From Actinomyces sp. ICM47 (lineage in GTDB: Bacteria > Actinomycetota > Actinomycetes > Actinomycetales > Actinomycetaceae): a stretch of 64,000 nucleotides of DNA. The stretch is taken from assembly GCF_905370305.1 (NCBI RefSeq), contig NZ_CAJPJX010000001.1; one strand, given 5' to 3'. Below the pieces are notes generated by a model that made no database searches, was not told where the DNA came from, and saw only the letters and a list, made by a program, of their open reading frames with translations. The number at the start of each line of letters is the position of its first letter. Positions within the stretch are counted from its first letter, which is position 1. Shown here piece by piece: positions 58,600 to 64,000 of this stretch. A program made the position numbers and the translations under genes.

Positions 58600-60837
58600 A
58601 TGAGCATCGACGCAGGTCACCCGGGAATCTCCTGGGCCTTACAGTTCCGCGCACTCATCGACGGCTCACTGCTGCGCCTTCGTAGCCCCGAGGGCATCGG
58701 CTGGGATCTCTTCATTCGAGCGGGTGCACTCTTCCTCGAAGGATCGACCTCCTCCATGTCCCTCGCTCTCGATATGGAGGACACCGCGTACCTGACCGAC
58801 AGGACCTGGCACAGCCTCGCGATCACGGCGACGGCCGCCGGTTCCAAGATTTTCCTCGACGGCTACCAGTGCTTCTCAACCTGCGCAGACCTCTCTCCCG
58901 CCGGAAGCGGCCCCGATGCCGTACTCGCACTCACCCCGGGCGCTGGCATCGAGATCCGGTCCTTCGCAGAGCACGATGCCCTTCTCTCCGCGGAAGAGAT
59001 CCTTGCCCTCTCCCCCGCCCCGACGCCCCTCATTGAGTTCGCTGCAGCCCACCTGTCCGACTACGACGTCGCCGAGCTGTCCGAACTCACCTCGGGCACT
59101 GTGTTTGCCCGCTACCGCGTACGCGGCCCCGGTCAGCACGGCACAATCCTCGCTGCGGGCGGGGCCGGGCGCGAGCAGCTCAACCTGTCCGTGACGGAAG
59201 AAGGCATCGAATACCGGGTCCTGGGCCACAGGGGCCAGTGGCGCACGTTTACTGCCCATGGGCATTGGGATCAGGGGCATTGGCACGACGTCGTGGTGCG
59301 AGTCGGTCACGGCGCGGTCCAGATCTACGTGGACGGCTACCTCGAGGCTCACCTACCCGGCCAGGTATTCTTCGCGGGCGTCGGCGGCCTCGACGAGGTC
59401 GTGATCGGGCAGGACACCTCCGGGTCGCGCCTCTTCGGCGAGGTTCGTAACGCCGCGGTCTACTCCTCGATCCTCAATGACGCGCAGATCAAGAAGCTGT
59501 CGTCGGTCGCACCCCTCGACACCCAGTGTCTCTTCGATGCCGGTTTTCACGACTCGATCAGCTACCGCATTCCCTCGCTGATCACCCTGACCTCCGGGGT
59601 CGTCGTCGCAGGAGCCGATCAGCGAGAGACCATTGCGAACGACTCTCCCAACTCGATCAACTTCACGGTCCGCCGCTCCTTCGATGGCGGGCACACGTGG
59701 GGCGATCTCCAGACGGTCATCACCTACCCTGGTCACGGGGCAACAGGCGCGTCCGTCATTGACTCCTGCGTCGTCCAAGACCGCCGAAACGGACGCCTCG
59801 TCGTCCTCATCGACCATTTCCCGGGAGGCATCGGTCAGCCGAACGCCGAGGCCGGCCTCGGCGTTGACGAGAAAGGCCACTACGTCCTGCACGACGCCGA
59901 GGGCGCAACCTACACGTGGATGGAGGACGGTGCCGTCACGGACGCACACGGACACGAGGCACCGTTCAGGATCTCGAAGCGCGGTGACGTCACCGTCACC
60001 GAGGGCGGGGAGGAAAGGCCCGGCGGCAATGTTTTCCTGGCCGACGGCGAGGACCCGAACCAAACGCTGCTGACGAAGCGCACCTGCTACCTGCAGATGA
60101 TCTACTCAGACGACGACGGCGAAACCTGGGAGGGTCCCTTCAACCTGAACCAGGACGTGAAGGAAGAGTGGATGTCCTTCTGCGGGACCTCCCCGGGCAC
60201 GGGCGTGCAGCTGCGCAGCGGGCGCCTTGTCATCCCGATCTACTACAACGGCGATCACAAGCGTCACTTCTCCGCGTCCGTCGTCTACTCTGACGACGGG
60301 GGTGCCACGTGGAAGCGCGGCAAGTCCCCCAATGACGGACGCATCTTCGAAGGGCGCCAGATTGACTCGCGCACGCTCGACACCGAGGCCGCAGCGACGC
60401 ACGAGGCCACGCTCATTGAGCGCGCCGACGGTTCGCTCCTCATGCTCATGCGTAACCAGCATCCGAGCGGGAAGGTGGCCGCAACCGTCAGCACGGACGG
60501 AGGCGAGACCTGGGGCGACGTGTATTTTGCGCGCGAGATCACGGAGATCTTCTGCCAGCCCAACGCCGTGCCCTGGCCGACGGAGGACTGCCCTGAGCGG
60601 GTCGTCTTCGCCAACGCCTCGCAGATGCGGCCGTATCGAGGCCGTGGTGTCCTGCGCCTGTCGGAAGACGGGGGCCGCACCTGGATCGCGTCGCGCACCT
60701 TTAACCCGGCGCACTACGTCTACCAGTGCATGACGATCCTGCCCAACGGAACACTGGGCCTGCTGTGGGAGCGCGAGATGCAGGGTCTGTATTTCACACG
60801 CATCCCGCTGGAGTGGATCGAGGCCGCCAAGATCTGA
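58600..60837 (+). CDS. Exo-alpha-sialidase (GH33) with an N-terminal concanavalin-A-like lectin/laminin-G domain. No signal peptide.
   Basis: YRIP motif (ISYRIPSLIT) present. Five Asp-box (BNR) repeats: SFDGGHTW, SDDDGETW, SDDGGATW, STDGGETW, SEDGGRTW. GAAAGG RBS upstream of the ATG at 58600. A GTG at 58591 is the alternative start. Confidence 0.85.
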   Translation: MSIDAGHPGISWALQFRALIDGSLLRLRSPEGIGWDLFIRAGALFLEGSTSSMSLALDMEDTAYLTDRTWHSLAITATAAGSKIFLDGYQCFSTCADLSPAGSGPDAVLALTPGAGIEIRSFAEHDALLSAEEILALSPAPTPLIEFAAAHLSDYDVAELSELTSGTVFARYRVRGPGQHGTILAAGGAGREQLNLSVTEEGIEYRVLGHRGQWRTFTAHGHWDQGHWHDVVVRVGHGAVQIYVDGYLEAHLPGQVFFAGVGGLDEVVIGQDTSGSRLFGEVRNAAVYSSILNDAQIKKLSSVAPLDTQCLFDAGFHDSISYRIPSLITLTSGVVVAGADQRETIANDSPNSINFTVRRSFDGGHTWGDLQTVITYPGHGATGASVIDSCVVQDRRNGRLVVLIDHFPGGIGQPNAEAGLGVDEKGHYVLHDAEGATYTWMEDGAVTDAHGHEAPFRISKRGDVTVTEGGEERPGGNVFLADGEDPNQTLLTKRTCYLQMIYSDDDGETWEGPFNLNQDVKEEWMSFCGTSPGTGVQLRSGRLVIPIYYNGDHKRHFSASVVYSDDGGATWKRGKSPNDGRIFEGRQIDSRTLDTEAAATHEATLIERADGSLLMLMRNQHPSGKVAATVSTDGGETWGDVYFAREITEIFCQPNAVPWPTEDCPERVVFANASQMRPYRGRGVLRLSEDGGRTWIASRTFNPAHYVYQCMTILPNGTLGLLWEREMQGLYFTRIPLEWIEAAKI

Positions 60838-60937
60838 CACCGCCGTGAGGAGGCCGCCTGCCGTTGGCACCTTCCCCGGCCTACGGCAGGCGAAAACCTC
60901 CTCAGCGTCCCACATATGTGAGGACCGAAGAAAGAAA

Positions 60938-60967
60938 GAGGGCGGGCACCAACTGGTGCCCGCCCTC
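60938..60967. terminator. Bidirectional terminator between the convergent sialidase and glmM genes
   Basis: GAGGGCGGGCACC-aact-GGTGCCCGCCCTC, flanked by an A-rich tract on one side and TATTTCAGG on the other. Confidence 0.75.
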
Positions 60968-60987
60968 CGCGTACGTATTTCAGGCGT

Positions 60988-62340
60988 TCACAGCGCCAGG
61001 TGTTCCTTCACGACGTCCGCCAGCGAAGAGGCCACGGAGTCGGCCTCCTCCTGGGTGGCAGCCTCGACCATGACGCGCACGAGGGGCTCGGTGCCCGAGG
61101 GGCGCAGAAGAACGCGACCGGTGTCGCCCAGGCGCGCCTCGGCGGCGGCCACGGCGTCCGCAACGGCCTGGTTCGTGGAAGCAGCCGCGCGATCCACGCC
61201 GCCCACGTTGATGAGGGTCTGCGGCAGGCGCTGAATAAAGGAGGTGAGATCGGCCAGGGAACGGCCGGATTCCTTCACCATGCGCGAGATGAGCAGCGAG
61301 GAGAGGATGCCGTCACCGGTCGTCGCATGGTCGCGGGCGATGATGTGGCCGGACTGCTCGCCTCCCAGGGAATACCCGGAGGCCAGCATCTCTTCGAGGA
61401 CGTAGCGGTCGCCGACGCCGGTCTGCACAGTCTTGATGCCGACCTCGCGCATAGCGAGGATCAGACCGAGGTTGCTCATGACGGTCACGACGAGCGTGTC
61501 GTGCGCGAGCGCGCCGCGGTCGCGGGCATTGACGGCCAGCGCGCCCATGATCTTATCGCCGTCGATGAGATTGCCCTCACGGTCAACAGCCAGGCAGCGG
61601 TCCGCGTCGCCGTCATAGGCGACACCGAAATCACAACCGGCCTCGACGACAGCGGCCTGCAGGCCTTCGGGGTGCGTCGAACCGGCATTGCGGTTAATGT
61701 TGCGGCCGTCCGGCTCGGCGTTAATGACCGTGATATCGGCACCGAGTTCACGGAACACGGCCGGGCCGAACTCGTAGGCGGCACCGTTCGCGCAGTCGAT
61801 CGCAATCTTCATGCCGCGCAGATCGGTGCCTGTCGCCTCGATCAAGTGCGCGACGTAGGATTCGCGGGCCCACGCATGGTCCGCATTGACCTCGCCAACG
61901 CCGTCGCCGGTGGGACGTTCCCACTCGGTGTTCACGAGGGCTTCGATCTGGTCCTCGACCGCGTCGGCCAGCTTGTAGCCGCCGTGCGCGAAGAACTTGA
62001 TGCCGTTGTCGGGCATGGGGTTGTGCGACGCGGAAATCATGACGCCCAGGTCCACGGTGTCTTCCGTGGCCGTCAGGTGGGCGACGGTCGGGGTGGTCAC
62101 GACGCCGATGCGCGTGACGTCCATGCCGGCGCTGGCAAGGCCCGCAGCGAGGGCGTGATCCAGGAATTCGCCCGAGATACGCGTGTCACGGCCGATGATC
62201 GCGCGGGGCTTGGAACCATCCGCGCGCCGATCACAACCGAACTGGCGGGCGGCGGCCTCGCCGAGCTGTAGCGCGAGGTCCGCGGTGATGTCAACGTTTG
62301 CCAGTCCTCGCACGCCGTCCGTGCCGAACATTCTGGGCAT
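60988..62340 (-). CDS. glmM: Phosphoglucosamine mutase
   Basis: Start at MPRMFGTDGVRG. The active-site Ser context is SASHNP. It sits in the conserved truA-rplM-rpsI-glmM order. Confidence 0.9.
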   Translation of the reverse strand: MPRMFGTDGVRGLANVDITADLALQLGEAAARQFGCDRRADGSKPRAIIGRDTRISGEFLDHALAAGLASAGMDVTRIGVVTTPTVAHLTATEDTVDLGVMISASHNPMPDNGIKFFAHGGYKLADAVEDQIEALVNTEWERPTGDGVGEVNADHAWARESYVAHLIEATGTDLRGMKIAIDCANGAAYEFGPAVFRELGADITVINAEPDGRNINRNAGSTHPEGLQAAVVEAGCDFGVAYDGDADRCLAVDREGNLIDGDKIMGALAVNARDRGALAHDTLVVTVMSNLGLILAMREVGIKTVQTGVGDRYVLEEMLASGYSLGGEQSGHIIARDHATTGDGILSSLLISRMVKESGRSLADLTSFIQRLPQTLINVGGVDRAAASTNQAVADAVAAAEARLGDTGRVLLRPSGTEPLVRVMVEAATQEEADSVASSLADVVKEHLAL

Positions 62341-62468
62341 AGTGTCTCCGTTCAGTGGGTCATACGACTGGTCTAAGCGTACCGCGCCTGCGCCCTCGAC
62401 CTTGTACGAGGCCGGGGCCATAACTGCGTCAGCGCTCACATCCTGGGTAGGGTTGACGGGAGACGAAA

Positions 62469-62496
62469 GTCGCGCCCCGCAGGAGCGGGGCGCGAC
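62469..62496 (-). terminator. Intrinsic terminator after rpsI
   Basis: GTCGCGCCCCGC-agga-GCGGGGCGCGAC, followed on the minus strand by TTTCGTCT. Confidence 0.7.
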
Positions 62497-62520
62497 CGAC
62501 AGAAAAGATGCTGAATGGAA

Positions 62521-63030
62521 TCAGCGCTTCGAGAACTGCGAAGCCTTGCGGGCCTTCTTGAGGCCTGCCTTCTTACGCTCGGTGGCGCGGGCGTCGCGGG
62601 TCAGGAAGCCAGCCTTCTTGAGGGCCGGACGGTTGGCGTCGCGGTCGATCTCGTTGAGGGCGCGCGACACGCCGAGGCGCAGGGCGCCGGCCTGGCCGGA
62701 GATACCGCCGCCGTTGATGCGGGCGATGACGTCGAAGCGGCCGTCAATGTCGAGCAGGACGAAGGGGGACTTCACCAGCTGCTGGTGCAGCTTGTTGGGG
62801 AAGTAGTCCTCGAGGGTGCGTCCGTTGATGGTCCACTTGCCGGAGCCGGGGACCAGGCGAACGCGGGCGACGGCCTCCTTGCGGCGGCCCAGGCCCGCGC
62901 CGGGCGCGGTGATGGACTGACCGGCACCGGCGGGAGCCGACTCGGTCTCGGACGTGTAGGAGCTGGGGACGACTTCCTCGTCCAGCTCAGTGGAAACGAT
63001 GGTCTCAGCCACGGTTCTCCTCAGGGTCAA
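62521..63030 (-). CDS. rpsI: 30S ribosomal protein S9 with an N-terminal extension
   Basis: [43 protein letters not shown]...ASQFSKR. The exact start is uncertain. Confidence 0.9.
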   Translation of the reverse strand: MTLRRTVAETIVSTELDEEVVPSSYTSETESAPAGAGQSITAPGAGLGRRKEAVARVRLVPGSGKWTINGRTLEDYFPNKLHQQLVKSPFVLLDIDGRFDVIARINGGGISGQAGALRLGVSRALNEIDRDANRPALKKAGFLTRDARATERKKAGLKKARKASQFSKR

Positions 63031-63050
63031 AGGCGTTCAGTGACCAAAGG

Positions 63051-63524
63051 TCACTGAGCCACCTGGGTCAGTTCGTAGGGAACCGGCGACTGGCCGGCGT
63101 GGGGGTGCTCCGGGCCAGCGTAGACGTGCAGCTTCTTGAACTGCGCGCGGCCGAGGGAGTTGTGGGGAAGCATGCCCTTAACGGCCTTCTCGACGGCGCG
63201 CTCGGGCGTCGCGGCGAGGAGGTCGCGGTAAGCGGTCGCGGTCAGGCCGCCGGGACGTCCGGAGTGGCGGTACGCCATCTTCTGGTCCAGCTTCTTGCCG
63301 GTGAGGGCAACCTTGTCCGCGTTGATGATGATGACGTAGTCGCCCATGTCCATGTGAGGGGCGAACGTCGGCTTGTGCTTCCCACGGAGGAGGGCAGCGG
63401 TCTGGGCTGCCAGACGACCGAGGACGACGTCGGTGGCGTCAATGACGTACCACTTCTTGTCCGCGTCCCCAGGCTTGGGTGAATAGGTGCGCACGGGCGT
63501 AACCTTCAATTCTTGTTTGGTCAT
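63051..63524 (-). CDS. rplM: 50S ribosomal protein L13
   Basis: [65 protein letters not shown]. Start is approximate. Confidence 0.9.
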   Translation of the reverse strand: MTKQELKVTPVRTYSPKPGDADKKWYVIDATDVVLGRLAAQTAALLRGKHKPTFAPHMDMGDYVIIINADKVALTGKKLDQKMAYRHSGRPGGLTATAYRDLLAATPERAVEKAVKGMLPHNSLGRAQFKKLHVYAGPEHPHAGQSPVPYELTQVAQ

Positions 63525-63698
63525 GGGACGCCGCGCCGGTTTTTCCGGGGGCATCCACGATGAAACGGTTCGCGCGAGGCGTCGGCGAGCGCTCCTAGCG
63601 AGTGGGAGACACTAGGTACTCTGCCAACGCACAGCACTTGCCATATTATCGGCACGCGGGCCGACGGTCAAAGCGCGACGGACACTGTGTCACATTCC

Positions 63699-64000
63699 TC
63701 AGCACTTATCACCGCAGCATGCATCGCGCCTGGCCCGAGCCTGCTTGGCGCGCGCGGCCCACTGGGAAGAGTCGGGATAGTCAACGCCTTCGAGGGTAAG
63801 GCCGTGGGCCGGCGCGATGGGTGCGGCGTCCGCACGGGAGCGGGCGCGCAGAATCTGCGCCGGGTAGTCGGTGTCGCGTACCCCCTGCCCTACGAGGAGG
63901 AGGGCACCGACGAGGGAACGGACCATCGAGTGACAAAAAGCGTCGGCCTCAACACGGAAGACGAGGGTATCTTCAGCATCTCGCTCAGCGCGCAGGGTCC
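63699..64000 (-). CDS. truA: tRNA pseudouridine(38-40) synthase TruA, C-terminal part (gene continues beyond the window end)
   Basis: Minus-strand translation from the window end reads TLRAERDAEDTLVFRVEADAFCHSMVRSLVGALLLVGQGVRDTDYPAQIL... with the conserved FLHHMVR-like motif. The ATG-delimited track ORF at 63926 is internal. Confidence 0.8.
   Translation of the reverse strand, partial: TLRAERDAEDTLVFRVEADAFCHSMVRSLVGALLLVGQGVRDTDYPAQILRARSRADAAPIAPAHGLTLEGVDYPDSSQWAARAKQARARRDACCGDKC

Overview
High-GC (about 65-68%) actinobacterial chromosome segment, most likely from an Actinomycetaceae-type organism. Evidence for that: LAxTG-type sorting signals, choline-binding-like cell-wall repeats, and synteny with the mycobacterial truA-rplM-rpsI-glmM ... 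glmS ... alr-tsaE-tsaB-rimI-tsaD-groES-whiB3 ... guaB-guaB3 neighbourhood. This conserved housekeeping backbone is interrupted by several accessory blocks. (1) At the left edge, a locus for extracellular-DNA scavenging: a sortase-anchored nuclease, a sortase-anchored 5'-nucleotidase, two BMP-family nucleoside-binding lipoproteins and an ABC ATPase. (2) sdhCAB inserted between rimI and tsaD. (3) A four-gene block between tsaD and groES: methyltransferase, GCS2 ligase, an MprF-like membrane protein and a membrane-anchored esterase. groES has a CIRCE operator but no groEL follows it. (4) A 1.6-kb, low-GC, three-gene island inserted exactly downstream of glmS and flanked by 60-bp direct repeats that duplicate the glmS terminator. 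I read it as a tripartite toxin-antitoxin-chaperone (TAC) module: HigB-like toxin, HigA-like XRE antitoxin, SecB-like chaperone. It is the best candidate for the system of interest. (5) A host-glycan foraging region: a giant secreted glycosidase-like protein with cell-wall-binding repeats, a MalEFG-type sugar ABC transporter, GH2 beta-galactosidase, LacI regulator, two unclassifiable hypothetical proteins, a DUF4862-like protein, a NanT-like sialic acid transporter and a sialidase with no signal peptide. No rRNA, tRNA, CRISPR array or transposase/integrase gene was seen. Many long antisense ORFs in the track are GC-driven shadow ORFs and are ignored.
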